Shown here in pieces: positions 27,481 through 37,231 of a stretch of 64,000 nt of DNA (position 1 is the first letter of the stretch; each line of letters starts with the position of its first letter). A program made the position numbers and the translations under genes. This DNA is from a virus: positions 40,206-104,205 of the IMG/VR virus record IMGVR_UViG_3300045988_175722. One strand, given 5' to 3'. A model generated the notes under the pieces. It saw only the letters and a program-made list of their open reading frames with translations. It was not told where the DNA came from and did no database searches.

Positions 27481-28377
27481 ATGAAAATGATAATTCCTGG
27501 TGTTGAGTGGTGGCCTCAGAAGACCGCTGCCCAGCAAATAGCCCGTGTGGGCAGGATTTGCTATAAGAGCAAAGTCAAGCAGCCTGATGAGAATCTTTCT
27601 GAAGACAAGAAAGATGAGTTTTTTGAGGAGCAGGCAGTAAAGTTGGCCAACCGATTCTGGGAGAGCGGGCACCGCTCCATGTATCGCCATGGCACCCTCT
27701 ATTTCTTCGTCAAGAACGACTCAAAGCTGCCAAAGCATCTTTGGTCGTTCCTCGTTGCGTCGCCATATATCAGCTATGCGGTGCAGGAAAAGAAGGTATG
27801 GATCAGCAGCAATATGCAGTTCCTCTGCGAGCATGGTAACTTACTTGAAATCCTGTCTCCATTCAATGTAAAGGAAGCCGAGTTTATCGAGAAAGCACAG
27901 AAATATGATTTCACGGATGCACTCTATATTCTCCGTATGACACTGGTCGTTACCACGCAGATCAGTACCAGCCGTGAGCTGAACCGCACGTCGCCAAATT
28001 GCATCAGCGAGCAGAGCACCCGTTACGTGAATATGGAGAAGAAGGGTGGCGTGCAGATTGCCCGTCCGCATTGGCTGCATGAGGGTACGAGATGGCAGAA
28101 GTTCCTCTATCTCACTGGCTGCAAGATTTCCGACTGGCTCTATCGCCGATTGCTGAAATCGGGCATGAAGCCGCAGGATGCAAGAGGCATTCTCCCTCTC
28201 GATACCTATACGGTGGTAGCCTACACTTACACCATCAGCGAGTGGAAGCATATCCTCGACCTCCGCTTCCGTGAAATTACCGGCAAGGCGCATCCTAACG
28301 CCAAGGAGATAGGCTATCTGATTCACCGTATCATAACCGAAAGAATGAAGGCTTATGATGAAGATTTTGCAATATAA
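27481..28377 (+). CDS. ThyX-like (flavin-dependent thymidylate synthase fold) protein
   Basis: GHRSMYRHGTLYFFV and SRELNRTSPNCISEQSTRY align by eye to ThyX GHxxxxEH and RHRxxSxxxxSxRY. The RHR triplet is replaced by NRT. Confidence 0.6.
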   Translation: MKMIIPGVEWWPQKTAAQQIARVGRICYKSKVKQPDENLSEDKKDEFFEEQAVKLANRFWESGHRSMYRHGTLYFFVKNDSKLPKHLWSFLVASPYISYAVQEKKVWISSNMQFLCEHGNLLEILSPFNVKEAEFIEKAQKYDFTDALYILRMTLVVTTQISTSRELNRTSPNCISEQSTRYVNMEKKGGVQIARPHWLHEGTRWQKFLYLTGCKISDWLYRRLLKSGMKPQDARGILPLDTYTVVAYTYTISEWKHILDLRFREITGKAHPNAKEIGYLIHRIITERMKAYDEDFAI

Positions 28378-28481
28378 TTCAGATGTGATAGCATTAGCCG
28401 TTAAGGGCGATTATGATTAATAGAACTTCTTATGTCTCTATTTTACGACGGTTTCCAAAATTGCAACTGTCGTAGATGGAG

Positions 28482-28512
28482 CCCCCGTTCCCAGCGATTC
28501 CATCGCTGGTCC
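28482..28512 (+). repeat. gene-boundary hairpin element copy 5
   Basis: Canonical sequence, lying between the stop at 28377 and the ATG at 28551. Confidence 0.85.
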
Positions 28513-28550
28513 GCAAAGAAAAAAAAGCAAAAAGGCAAAAACAAAAAACA

Positions 28551-29525
28551 ATGGGAACAAAAAACAAAAAACAGCAGCAGCAGGCTCTAGCCAAGCGTGA
28601 GCAGCAGATAAGAAACACGCCAACAATTTACACCTTTAATTTCAAAGATGTGTCTGCTGAGAAATATACCGCAGCCCTGGAAGCCCTCTTCTCTCACCCC
28701 GATTTTGCAGCAGCCCTGCAACACCGCAACGAACTCGTGCGTGCTGCGAACCGCGTGCCTTCCAGCTCCCCACAGATGGGTGCCCTTATCAAGGCGATTC
28801 AGGAGAGAGATGCCAAACTCGCCAAACAGATGTATGGCTTGCTTGTACAGGTAAACCTGCGCAGCGAAGTGAGTTACGATTTCCTGAACTTCGGCCATCT
28901 GCTTCGCTACTACGTAGATTATTCTCAGCCCGATATGCAGCAGAAGGTAACGAGACTTTCCGACAACCTCAACAAAGTGGCGTTCCTCGCCGATGCACTG
29001 GAAAGCATCGTAAGACAGATTCAGGCTGATATGATGGAAATCTTCAATGGCAGCGTAGAGTTCAACCAATTTGATGCCGTGACCCAGGTACTGAAGCAGT
29101 TGGATGTCTTCTTCAACTTCTCCCGAACCAAGGACATCAACTCCAAGGATAATAGCCTCTATTGCGAGTATTCTGATAGCATCAACGCCTACGTAGATAA
29201 GCGCATGAAGACTTATTCCGAGAAATACCGCAAACTGCACCCTTCCCTTCCTGGCTTCACCCAGGAGCAGATGGTGGAAGCCATCAATCTCTTCTTCGGA
29301 GAAGACAAGAAGTTCAATGAGAGTTTCATCGCCAAAACCGAGTCAGGCGGCTGCTACATCGACGGTATGAAGCTCTTCATGAACCTTAATGAGGAGCAAA
29401 CTACCAAGCTCGATAAGCTGGTACCTCGCCCGAAGGAAGGCAATAGCATGCAGAAATACTTCCTCAACGTCACCGATGCCATCATGCTCTACTATGCCCA
29501 GCAAAAAGGCATCGCTCTGAAGTAG
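28551..29525 (+). CDS. hypothetical protein
   Basis: The track ORF starts at 28476, but that extension is just the translated hairpin element. The first ATG after it is 28551 (MGTKNKKQQQQ). Confidence 0.55.
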   Translation: MGTKNKKQQQQALAKREQQIRNTPTIYTFNFKDVSAEKYTAALEALFSHPDFAAALQHRNELVRAANRVPSSSPQMGALIKAIQERDAKLAKQMYGLLVQVNLRSEVSYDFLNFGHLLRYYVDYSQPDMQQKVTRLSDNLNKVAFLADALESIVRQIQADMMEIFNGSVEFNQFDAVTQVLKQLDVFFNFSRTKDINSKDNSLYCEYSDSINAYVDKRMKTYSEKYRKLHPSLPGFTQEQMVEAINLFFGEDKKFNESFIAKTESGGCYIDGMKLFMNLNEEQTTKLDKLVPRPKEGNSMQKYFLNVTDAIMLYYAQQKGIALK

Positions 29526-29562
29526 AAAGCAAAAAGGTAAAAAGCCCCTTAACCCCTTTGCG

Positions 29563-29593
29563 CCCCCGTTCCCAGCGATTCTATCGCTGGTCC
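29563..29593 (+). repeat. gene-boundary hairpin element copy 6
   Basis: The loop is TCT. It follows the stop at 29525. Confidence 0.85.
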
Positions 29594-29616
29594 CTCATTC
29601 ACAAACAAAGAAAAGT

Positions 29617-30348
29617 ATGCCAAATATATACCTCCGCCTTCCCACTTCCCGCTGTCAGTTCTTCCGGCACCGCGATCCCAAGCTCGTCCTATCCAAGGAT
29701 GATCCGATAGTGTTCAGCAACTTCTCGCACGAGTACTTCATTATGAGAAATTCGCTCATCAATGCCCCAGCCCGCAGCAACCGCATCGACCTTTCCTGCT
29801 TTTCTCAGCAGCAATGGTGCAATATGCTCGCGGGCAGGCATCCAGCCGGAGGCAAGGTGATGATGCGCCGTGATGCCGGAAGCTGGCTCACCTTCCAGGA
29901 AGTTCAGCAGCTTAACGGTCGCCTTACCGATGGCAAGGGTACCAATGATGATTACCTCTGTATCCGCCTGCCCAGCGAAGTGGAGCTTGTCGATACCGTT
30001 TATCCGGTAAAGCCTACCTTTACGCTCGATACCTATGGTGTCCGCGCATTGGTAGTATCGCTCAACAATGATTTCAAGCGCAGTCTCGTGGAATGGGCAC
30101 TATCCACCTTCGATTTCTGCACTTCCAAGGGCAGGGTCATCGCCCGCTCCCATAACGCCATGCTGGAGCGCTATCTGATGCGTTACGGCATAGAAGTCAA
30201 CGAGGAAGAGAAAGATGTATTGCGTCGCATCGTCGGCAGGTGGTTCCGCACGGAACACTGTTTCTTCAAGTCCTATTCCTGCATGGATATGCGGTTCAAG
30301 GATAGCCGTGATAAGCCAAACCGCATCGACGAAGTGCAGTGGATGTGA
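29617..30348 (+). CDS. hypothetical protein
   Basis: 243-aa ORF. Confidence 0.55.
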   Translation: MPNIYLRLPTSRCQFFRHRDPKLVLSKDDPIVFSNFSHEYFIMRNSLINAPARSNRIDLSCFSQQQWCNMLAGRHPAGGKVMMRRDAGSWLTFQEVQQLNGRLTDGKGTNDDYLCIRLPSEVELVDTVYPVKPTFTLDTYGVRALVVSLNNDFKRSLVEWALSTFDFCTSKGRVIARSHNAMLERYLMRYGIEVNEEEKDVLRRIVGRWFRTEHCFFKSYSCMDMRFKDSRDKPNRIDEVQWM

Positions 30349-30422
30349 TTTTATATCTTATATAATAGGTGTTAATTTACAAGATAATAAACGTTAAATA
30401 ATTAATAAATCAAGGAAACAAT

Positions 30423-30911
30423 ATGAAATCAGCCGATAATTGCAGAGAGTTATTTCTTGATGGAGTAACCGATGCTTATTTTTACGCCGCAAAGGAAAGC
30501 ACCCTTCCTATCCCGTTCATTGTGCAGCGGGTATTGCAGATGAATGGCTGCAAGTTTGCTGGTGAAGCGCTCCATGTTGCCACCAGCGAAGGCGATAATT
30601 ACGTGGTAACAGATGCTATCACCGCCAAGCAGACCTCTCAGGAAGGTGGCAATGGCACCGCATTCAGCTTCGAGATTACTGCCAATATCGAAGCCGGAAA
30701 GGAGAATATACCCGAAATCATCAAGAATATGCACGGAAACGACTATTATATAGTCTTGCGCAAGCAGGATGACTCACTCCATCTCTGTTATACGCTGCCC
30801 GATACCTTCCGTATCACCGATTCCGTAACCAGTCAGAGCAGTGCAGAGACCCGTAGCGTTACGGCAACTTGCATGGCGATGTCTGAGTTTATTCCGATTA
30901 CACTTTCATAG
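30423..30911 (+). CDS. hypothetical protein
   Basis: 162-aa ORF. Confidence 0.5.
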   Translation: MKSADNCRELFLDGVTDAYFYAAKESTLPIPFIVQRVLQMNGCKFAGEALHVATSEGDNYVVTDAITAKQTSQEGGNGTAFSFEITANIEAGKENIPEIIKNMHGNDYYIVLRKQDDSLHLCYTLPDTFRITDSVTSQSSAETRSVTATCMAMSEFIPITLS

Positions 30912-30993
30912 TCAGTTAAAAATAAAATGCCGGTTCTTAATTATTATAGATTCAAAGTATAAAATTGTTTTAGTTTAAGATTTGTGTATATAG

Positions 30994-31026
30994 CCCTGCC
31001 GTCCGTGAGGATAGCAGGGTTTTTTG
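30994..31026 (+). terminator. intrinsic terminator
   Basis: CCCTGC…GCAGGG hairpin followed by TTTTTTG. The same hairpin sequence recurs inverted at 63707-63734. Confidence 0.65.
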
Positions 31027-31067
31027 TTTTCCCCTAAATCATAGCAAATTCCACGCATAGGCTCATT

Positions 31068-31104
31068 TTTGTCCCTATTTACCCACGTTTTCCCATTACC
31101 TTTG
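31068..31104 (+). promoter_or_regulatory. bipartite promoter P3
   Basis: TTTGTCCC, then a 25-nt gap, then TACCTTTG. Upstream of the protease gene. Confidence 0.4.
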
Positions 31105-31208
31105 CCGTCAGAAAATATATAAGAGTCTTCTTTTGCAATCAAGGTAAGGAGATTTGTATTTCAGGATAACGATAACATACATTAATTTTTAAAATTCTAT
31201 TACCCACA

Positions 31209-32873
31209 ATGAAAGGTCTATACGAAATTCTGACCGAGAAAAAGTGGATGATTTCGCCTGACTTTGTTCACGGAATCCGTAAGGCATTGGAGCAGAATCT
31301 GAATGCACATGCCATATACGAACGCCCTGCACCTACCTGCGGCTTCGTAACCGTGAGGGCAGCCGATGGCTCAATCTATTACCCAGAGGAATATCAGATT
31401 TCCGAGGATGGTAAGAAGGTGAGAGGTCAGTGGGCGTTGGAGGATGAGAACGAGCAGACCTTTCCGTTTGTTTCTGTGCTCACCGTCGATGGTCCTATCA
31501 CCCGAAATGGTGGCGGTTGTTCGTATGGTTCTATCGACCATCGCAACATGATGATCAATGCGGCCAATCATCCCCTCTGTCGAGGTCACATCTTCATCAT
31601 CAACACTCCTGGTGGCTCCGCTTGGGCAAAGAACGATTATGAACAGGCTATCAACTATGCCCGTTCGCAAGGTCAGCCAGTCATTGCCTTCATCGACGGT
31701 ATGTGCGCATCGGCAGGTATGTATCTCGCTTCTCTCTGTGATGAGCGTTACTACATGCACCCGAAAGATCAAATCGGTTGTATCGGTGTGATGGCATCTT
31801 TCTACACGCAGGCTGATGGCAGTAAAAACCAGTTTACCGATGAAACTTATCACGAGTTGTACGACCCTGAGAGCTTCGACAAGAACCGAGAGTTTCGCGA
31901 TATTGCCAACGATGGTGATAGCGAAAAGCTGGTAAAAGAGCTTGCCGAGTTGGGCGTGGAGTTCAGAGCCGACGTAAAGAAAGCCTGCCCTGCTGCAAAG
32001 GATGAACATCTTCATGGTAAGGTATTCGATGCCGAGGAAGTAAAGGGTATTCTAATGGATGCCCAAAGTGACTTCTTCTCTTGCGTAAAGCGTTGCTTCG
32101 ACCTTTACAATGGTGTAGCTCAGCCTATCATCAGAAAGCCATCTGATGATGATGACGAAACCAAAAGCAGTTTGAACGAGCCATCCGACCATCCGGCACA
32201 CGACCCTCAGTTGGAGCCAGACAAGGATTCTTCGGCAAAGAAAGGAAATCATCAACATACAAATAATCAAAATTTCATCAATATGGCAAATTATCCAAAA
32301 ATCAATGCCGCTTGCGGTATGCAGGATGGTCAGCAGATTGAGGTGAAGGAGGAAGGCGCATTCATGAATGCGCCATTACTCGACACCCTCGAAGCTCATC
32401 TCGCATCGCAGGAGCAGGCAGTGGCTGATGCCAAGCAGAAAGCCACCACAGCAGAGCAGAGTCTTGCCGATCTCCAGGCAAAGCACGATGCACTCGCTGA
32501 GACCATCGCCCAGAAGGACGAGGAAATCAAGAACCTGAAAGAGGCAAAGGCTAAGGCTGATGAGGACATCAAAGCCCTCAACGACGCAAAGGCAAAGGCT
32601 GATGAGGAGAAGGCAAAGACAGGTGAGGAGTTGAAGACTGCCCAGGCTTCACTTGCTACTGCCCAGCAGACCATCGCTGACAAGGACGCTCAGATTGCTG
32701 AGTTGAACGAGAACCCAGGCGAGGAGCCGGCACAGGGTGCCGCACCTCAGAACAACGGCGAGGGTGCAAAAGTAGAAACTGCAAAGACAGGCTACCCAAC
32801 TTGGAATCCAGCCGATCCAGTAGGTTCTAAGAAAGCTATCGAGGAGTACAAGAGAGAAAACGGCCTCCTCTAG
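31209..32873 (+). CDS. S49-family prohead protease fused to a scaffold-like coiled coil
   Basis: IINTPGGSAWA…IDGMCASAGMYLASLCD…IGCIGV matches the SppA/S49 serine protease pattern. The C-terminal 170 aa is an Ala/Glu/Lys-rich coiled coil. Confidence 0.75.
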   Translation: MKGLYEILTEKKWMISPDFVHGIRKALEQNLNAHAIYERPAPTCGFVTVRAADGSIYYPEEYQISEDGKKVRGQWALEDENEQTFPFVSVLTVDGPITRNGGGCSYGSIDHRNMMINAANHPLCRGHIFIINTPGGSAWAKNDYEQAINYARSQGQPVIAFIDGMCASAGMYLASLCDERYYMHPKDQIGCIGVMASFYTQADGSKNQFTDETYHELYDPESFDKNREFRDIANDGDSEKLVKELAELGVEFRADVKKACPAAKDEHLHGKVFDAEEVKGILMDAQSDFFSCVKRCFDLYNGVAQPIIRKPSDDDDETKSSLNEPSDHPAHDPQLEPDKDSSAKKGNHQHTNNQNFINMANYPKINAACGMQDGQQIEVKEEGAFMNAPLLDTLEAHLASQEQAVADAKQKATTAEQSLADLQAKHDALAETIAQKDEEIKNLKEAKAKADEDIKALNDAKAKADEEKAKTGEELKTAQASLATAQQTIADKDAQIAELNENPGEEPAQGAAPQNNGEGAKVETAKTGYPTWNPADPVGSKKAIEEYKRENGLL

Positions 32874-32924
32874 TTTTTGAAATTTAAATCACATACATAA
32901 ACAAGCAAAATTTGTATTCTAATT

Positions 32925-34214
32925 ATGGCAGCACCAAACAACTTTATTGGTATCAGCGCCCTCGAGGAGGTCGCTAACCAGGTATTCAAGAGCGTTGTGC
33001 AGGGTCCGGCTTATGCTAACCCCGAAGAGATGAAGCGTCTTGGTATCAAGATTATCAGCGGCGTCCAGTTCCAGCGCACTATCAATGTATTCATCCGTAA
33101 GGGTGGTACTACTCGCCGTAAGGATGTAAATCCTAAGTTGAACAGTGAAATCGGTTTCCTCAAGGAGCGTAAGTTGACAGCCAAGCTTGCTTGGTTCCAC
33201 GGTACCGATAACATGGATCGCTATTGTGAGACAAACCTTGGTACAGGCTCACATGGCGCTTATCCTCTTTCTACCGTAGCTATTGAGGCGGTATTGAAGA
33301 CTTATGCTGACGACCTTTACAACAACCTCTGGTGGGGTGACATTGACAGAGACGTTCCTGGCGCTTCAAATCTGGAGAAGTCTATGGCTCTCTATGATGG
33401 CTTCCTCACCGGTCTCAAGCACGATATTGAGGATGGCCTTATCAGCGAGGCTAACCACAACCTCATCCACACCGAAGCTATCACTGCACCAGCCAATGCG
33501 ACGGATAGCTCTGCATACAAGATCTTCCGTGGGGCTTACATGAAGCTGGACCCACGTATGCGCCGTCAGAATGTTTTCGCTTACATGACTCCTGAGACAG
33601 CCATCGCTATTTCTGATGCTTACGCACTCCAGTCATACGGTACTCATAAGCTCAATGTGGTAGATGGCGGTAACTACGTTATCCCAGAGCTTCCTAAGTG
33701 TACCATCGTTCCAGTTGAGGGCTTGGGTATCGGTGATCGCGTTCTCTTCTCTATCAAAGACAACCTCGTTTATGCAGTAGATTCTGAGGGTAACGACACT
33801 AAGGTTATGATTGGTAAAGGCAGTCCAGACGACCTGAGAGACATCACTATCCAGGCACAAAGTATTCAGGGCTGTTATGTGGAAAATCCATTCTCTTGGG
33901 CGTTCGCAATGACAGACGGAAACCTCGAAGCCGCAGAGTTCGTTTCAGGCGACTACACCGAGTCTAACATTACCGTTTCTCTTGCTAAGACCGTATCTAC
34001 CGCAGAGGGCGAGATCGATGGTAAGGTAAAGGTAAACGATGTTGAGTACACTAAGCCAGTGGAGACAACTCCTAACGCTATTGTTACTCTTGAGGCAGTG
34101 GATGGCACCAACTACGTCTTCGATCACTGGAACACCGGTGGCAAGGAGAAGAAGATCCAGTTCGCTGCAACAGGCATGAGCCAGGGCTTCACCGCCTTCT
34201 TCAAGAAGGGTTAA
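32925..34214 (+). CDS. major capsid protein (putative)
   Basis: 429 aa directly downstream of the protease/scaffold gene. The call is by position only. Confidence 0.55.
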   Translation: MAAPNNFIGISALEEVANQVFKSVVQGPAYANPEEMKRLGIKIISGVQFQRTINVFIRKGGTTRRKDVNPKLNSEIGFLKERKLTAKLAWFHGTDNMDRYCETNLGTGSHGAYPLSTVAIEAVLKTYADDLYNNLWWGDIDRDVPGASNLEKSMALYDGFLTGLKHDIEDGLISEANHNLIHTEAITAPANATDSSAYKIFRGAYMKLDPRMRRQNVFAYMTPETAIAISDAYALQSYGTHKLNVVDGGNYVIPELPKCTIVPVEGLGIGDRVLFSIKDNLVYAVDSEGNDTKVMIGKGSPDDLRDITIQAQSIQGCYVENPFSWAFAMTDGNLEAAEFVSGDYTESNITVSLAKTVSTAEGEIDGKVKVNDVEYTKPVETTPNAIVTLEAVDGTNYVFDHWNTGGKEKKIQFAATGMSQGFTAFFKKG

Positions 34215-34224
34215 CCCCCTCTCG

Positions 34225-34255
34225 CCCCCGTCCCCAGCGATTCCATCGCTGGTCC
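34225..34255 (+). repeat. gene-boundary hairpin element copy 7
   Basis: CCCCCTCTCGCCCCCGTCCCCAGCGATTCCATCGCTGGTCC, starting just after the capsid-candidate stop. Confidence 0.85.
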
Positions 34256-34361
34256 AACAGTCAAAAGGCAATCCTCTATAAATCCTCGGCGGCGGTCGCT
34301 TGACCTGGCGGAAAATGGCTTCCGCCGCCATTTCTTTTCATTTTAAAAATAAGATATAATT

Positions 34362-34931
34362 ATGGCAGATAACGTAACATGTCCACAGCTTGCGGACGTA
34401 TTGAACGAGAACGAGTGCCTGGAGAACCGTGCAGGTGTAGGTGTCACTGTCTATCTCGGTTTGAAGAGTGAGCTTGCAGCCCCTCTTACTGCTACCGAGA
34501 ATATGTACTCCACTCCTGCCTTCCAGACCGGCAAGGGTCTCTACAAAGTAGAGTGCAAAGACGATACCAACCAGGTTCAGGGTTCATCCCTCGGCTATCG
34601 CAAGGGTTTTGAGTTGACCTTCAACTTCGGTATCGACTCTGTAAATCCTGCAGCGGGTAAGTTGGCGCGCGCCATCAACAACCGCGACATCTTTATCATC
34701 GTCAAGGACAATGATAAGTCTCAGATTATGTACGACCCAGACCGCAAGGTTAAGTTTGACTCAGGTGGCATTAAAACGGACACGGGAGCCAAAAGCGACG
34801 ATGAACGCAGCACCACCTTCGAGGCAAAGTTGTCAAGCGTAAATTATCCAAACCTTTACGTAACAGAGCCTACAGAGAAGGGTTGGGATTCCCTTCTCGC
34901 TTCTGCGGCAACAAAGAAGCCGGGGGAATAA
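34362..34931 (+). CDS. structural protein, possibly a tail tube or head-associated protein
   Basis: 189 aa. The overlapping -1 frame stays open for 73 more codons beyond a G5 run at 34921-34925. Confidence 0.5.
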   Translation: MADNVTCPQLADVLNENECLENRAGVGVTVYLGLKSELAAPLTATENMYSTPAFQTGKGLYKVECKDDTNQVQGSSLGYRKGFELTFNFGIDSVNPAAGKLARAINNRDIFIIVKDNDKSQIMYDPDRKVKFDSGGIKTDTGAKSDDERSTTFEAKLSSVNYPNLYVTEPTEKGWDSLLASAATKKPGE

Positions 34932-35277
34932 CAGGCGGAACAGATCAGAGCGAAACCGCTTCCGCCTCTGAGCAGCCATCTGAGCCAAGCGAGCAGGTAA
35001 CTCCCACCCAGGAGTCTCCTGCCGCTATCAGCAAAGAAGATCAGACTCCTCCCGAGAATCAGCCTTCTGATGAAGAGCAGCCTTCTACTGAAGAGGAAGT
35101 CGCCCCTATCAAAAAGGTGGCTTCCTCTAGCAAAGGTGGTAAGTAATCGCTCCCCCATCAAACTCCAATGCGTTTCCATTGGCAATTTACTCTATAGATC
35201 AAGAGCCTGGCAGAAAGAAATTTCCTCGCCAGGCTTTTTCGCTTTGTTATCTTAAAAGAACCTCACCCCCTCTCTAG

Positions 35278-35308
35278 CCCCTGTACCCAGCGATTCCATC
35301 GCTGGTCC
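35278..35308 (+). repeat. gene-boundary hairpin element copy 8
   Basis: The 5' flank variant is CCCCTGTACCC. Promoter P4 follows. Confidence 0.8.
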
Positions 35309-35351
35309 CCATTCCCCTTTCTGCTAGGCACTAGAGTCCGCTAGGTATCTC

Positions 35352-35388
35352 TTTGTCCCCATCATCTTCTTAGCATTTGCTATCTTTG
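35352..35388 (+). promoter_or_regulatory. bipartite promoter P4
   Basis: TTTGTCCCC, then a 25-nt gap, then TATCTTTG. It lies 38 nt upstream of the endolysin ATG. Confidence 0.45.
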
Positions 35389-35425
35389 CCCTCAGAAGAA
35401 ATAAAAACGATAAAACAGAAAAGAT

Positions 35426-35980
35426 ATGGCAAAGATTCAACCTCTTGCAGATTTTATCCTCTCCTTCGAGGGAGGCTATGCGAACCACCCCAACGACAAG
35501 GGTGGTCCTACCAACATGGGTGTAACCCTCAAAACCTGGCAAACCCAGGGCTACGATAAAAACCATGATGGCCGCATAGACGCAAAGGATGTAAAGCTCA
35601 TCACAAAAAATGATGCCGTCTCCATCCTTCGCCGTTGCTATTGGAACCGCTGGAAAGCCGATGGCATCAAAGACCAGAGCATCGCCAACATCCTGGTAGA
35701 TTGGGTATGGATCAGCGGCACCCCAGGCGTAACCCTGGTGCAAGCCATGCTAGGCGTAAAAGCCGATGGCATTGTAGGCAGCAAAACTCTCAAGGCGCTC
35801 AATAACCAGAACCCTAAGCGGTTTTTCGAGCGCATCAAGGCACGCCGCAAGCAATACATCGCTAGAGTCATTGCCCAGTGCCCTAGTCAGAAGGGCTTCG
35901 AGGCAGGCTGGCTCCGTCGCCTCAATGCCATCAGTTACGGCAGTCTAATCGCCAACAATGGCAAAGAAATAAAGTGGTAA
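35426..35980 (+). CDS. endolysin: GH108 muramidase with a peptidoglycan-binding domain
   Basis: The N-terminal ILSFEGGYANHPNDKGGPTNMGVT is the GH108 signature. LGVKADGIVGSKTLKALN is a PG-binding motif. Confidence 0.85.
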   Translation: MAKIQPLADFILSFEGGYANHPNDKGGPTNMGVTLKTWQTQGYDKNHDGRIDAKDVKLITKNDAVSILRRCYWNRWKADGIKDQSIANILVDWVWISGTPGVTLVQAMLGVKADGIVGSKTLKALNNQNPKRFFERIKARRKQYIARVIAQCPSQKGFEAGWLRRLNAISYGSLIANNGKEIKW

Positions 35981-35981
35981 T

Positions 35982-37088
35982 ATGGAAGCAAAGATAAACC
36001 TCACCATCCCGAAAAGCTGGAATCAATGCACCCCCACCCAGCTAGAGCAGATTGCCCTCATCATGCTAGAGCAGATAGAGAAATCCAAGGTAGACCGCTA
36101 TCACCCCTTCGATATGCAGAAGGTGAAGATAGCTGTCTTCTTTCTCTTTGCCGGGATAAGCATCAACGCCTATCCCGACCCTCGCCAGCCTATCAATGAG
36201 CAGCACTACCTGGTAAGCATAGAGCCGCAGAAGAAGAGCCTCCTAAAGAAGCTCTTCTCCCTCTGCGCCTCCGTTCCCAGCGATTCCATCGCTGGTCCCC
36301 AGTCTTGCAGCCACTTCCCTCTCTATCTTTGGCAGCTCAACTATTGGCTTTCCCCGAAAGCCAAAACCAACGATAAAACCTCCCCCGAGTATATCTCCCA
36401 AGGCGCAGGTCTCCTCGATTGGCTGGATGCGGATAGCGGCAATTTTCTCACCCTTTTTCCCTATCCATCCATCAAGCAGAAATCCAAGTGGTACCATCGC
36501 AGCAAAGCCTTCCAGGGTCCGCACCCAGACCTCGATGGTTTCTCCTGGCAGCAGTACCGCTTCGCCAGCGATATGATGCAAACCTACACCAAGTTAAACA
36601 ATAACCTGGTTAAGATGAAGAAGATGGATAAATTCACCGAGGCGCAGTTGCATCAGCAAGCCGAGAGTGTGCGTAGTGCAAAAAGCATGTTCTTAGCCGT
36701 CATCTTTAACACCACTACGAATTACATCGACTCTACCACTGGCATAAAGAAATACGATTTCCACTATGAGGCAAAACAGCTCACTGCCCATGCCAAGTAT
36801 TTCGTCGATTTCTCCGAAGCCCAGTGGCAAGTAGTTTTATTCTGGTGGACGGGCATCATGCACACCCTGGCTCATCGCTACCCTCATGTGTTCAAGGTGC
36901 AGAAGGTAAACAACAGTAAGCCACAAACTCCGATGGAAATCTACACCGCTACCACCGCCACGATGCAGAAGTATGCCGGCTTAACAGAAGATCAGATCAA
37001 CACCCAATCCTATTCCTTGGTTCTAGAACACTTAGAAAGGTTATCGAAAGAGAATGAGGAAATGGAAAAGATGAGGAGAAGCAAATGA
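35982..37088 (+). CDS. hypothetical protein carrying an in-frame hairpin element
   Basis: 368-aa ORF. Element copy 9 at 36266-36297 is translated as CASVPSDSIAGPQ. Confidence 0.5.
   Translation: MEAKINLTIPKSWNQCTPTQLEQIALIMLEQIEKSKVDRYHPFDMQKVKIAVFFLFAGISINAYPDPRQPINEQHYLVSIEPQKKSLLKKLFSLCASVPSDSIAGPQSCSHFPLYLWQLNYWLSPKAKTNDKTSPEYISQGAGLLDWLDADSGNFLTLFPYPSIKQKSKWYHRSKAFQGPHPDLDGFSWQQYRFASDMMQTYTKLNNNLVKMKKMDKFTEAQLHQQAESVRSAKSMFLAVIFNTTTNYIDSTTGIKKYDFHYEAKQLTAHAKYFVDFSEAQWQVVLFWWTGIMHTLAHRYPHVFKVQKVNNSKPQTPMEIYTATTATMQKYAGLTEDQINTQSYSLVLEHLERLSKENEEMEKMRRSK
36266..36297 (+). repeat. gene-boundary hairpin element copy 9 (inside an ORF)
   Basis: GCCTCCGTTCCCAGCGATTCCATCGCTGGTCC lies within 35982..37088. 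Confidence 0.8.
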
Positions 37089-37231
37089 TAAAGATAGATT
37101 ATCATTTTCCGAATACGGGGGGGGTATTCACTCAATGTACAAAGGATTTCAATAATGGCCCCTTATGGAATTTGAGCCGTTGCGTCAAGGCAAGCGTTCT
37201 CGATACAGGCGTAATGCTAGAATATGAATAA
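37085..37231 (+). CDS. C5-MTase TRD-like mini-ORF 0a
   Basis: MIKIDYHFPNTGGVFTQCTKDFNNGPLWNLSRCVKASVLDTGVMLEYE. The ATG overlaps the upstream stop (ATGA). The G8 tract at 37117-37124 is in frame. Confidence 0.45.
   Translation: MIKIDYHFPNTGGVFTQCTKDFNNGPLWNLSRCVKASVLDTGVMLEYE

Noticed and set aside
28476-28550. An N-terminal extension of the 28476..29525 ORF (MEPPFPAIPSLVRKEKKAK…).
   Set aside because: The extension is simply the translated hairpin element (copy 5) plus an A-rich spacer. A proper ATG follows at 28551. The minus-strand mini-ORFs containing SDGIAGNGG at each element copy are spurious for the same reason.
34225-34331. Stop-codon readthrough of the capsid-candidate gene into the hairpin element, since the frame stays open for 39 codons after TAA.
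   Set aside because: At other element copies the reading frame relative to the upstream stop differs across all three frames. The open frame here is therefore most likely coincidental, reflecting the element's lack of stop codons.
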